Source: Mizuhopecten yessoensis (lineage: Eukaryota). Taken from it: a DNA stretch of 64,000 nucleotides. The notes under the pieces are model-generated. The model worked only from the letters and a program-made list of their open reading frames with translations, searched no databases and had not been told where the DNA came from. The stretch is taken from contig NW_018407435.1 in NCBI RefSeq assembly GCF_002113885.1, positions 1,382,958 through 1,446,957 of the forward strand. The letters are read 5' to 3'. Of the stretch, positions 63,646 to 64,000 are shown in pieces; positions within the stretch are counted from its first letter, which is position 1; each line of letters opens with the position of its first letter. A program made the position numbers and the translations under genes.

Positions 63646-64000
63646 GATGCCTTGCTCAATTCCTTTAACACTATTTTTTATTTAAGAAATGCGACCTGTT
63701 CTTACCGACTGTCTATACATATTCCGTTTAGTTCCTGAATTCCAACACTCGTACAGGACAAAACTCTGAAAAAGAAACAAACAATATTTTGACCTTTTTA
63801 ACCTGAATATTTCACGCAGACATAAACTGCTGGAAAGATAATAATCACCGAACTGTATCATTGCACGTAGCTCACTTGTTTGTCTATATCGATAAAACGA
63901 CAACAGACTTGGCCGTCTAAGAACTATTTATAATACAAGGTTCATGTGTGTCGAGAATCATGTTGTTCATGTTAGCCTTGACAAAGACTGTCCATACATG

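Overview
AT-rich, intron-containing animal genomic DNA, most consistent with a bivalve mollusc (inferred from gene and repeat content, not proven). Host genes, left to right: (1) a clarin-family tetraspan gene on the minus strand with three core exons plus a probable in-frame cassette exon; (2) a divergently transcribed PRELID1-like lipid-transfer gene; (3) a single-exon 522-aa type II membrane protein that looks like a degenerate FkbM-methyltransferase plus NodB-like deacetylase fusion; (4) a 13-coding-exon secreted animal heme peroxidase of about 711 aa; (5) three tandem RING-less B-box/coiled-coil/NHL (TRIM-like) genes with clear gene-conversion mosaicism. Mobile DNA includes an intact Crypton-type tyrosine-recombinase element, two non-autonomous elements with the same architecture, miniature LTR elements whose LTRs carry tRNA-like Pol III promoters (Helenus-like TRIMs), two Helentron-type (HINE) elements, SINEs, a CCC-terminal MITE, a 5'-truncated L1/Tx1 LINE and several tandem repeats. 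The most striking structure is the recombinase element inside the TRIM-like array: an inverted-repeat-flanked ORF followed by an external 63-bp-arm hairpin with two TC/TC (GA/GA on the other strand) bubbles. All calls were made by eye; no searches were run.
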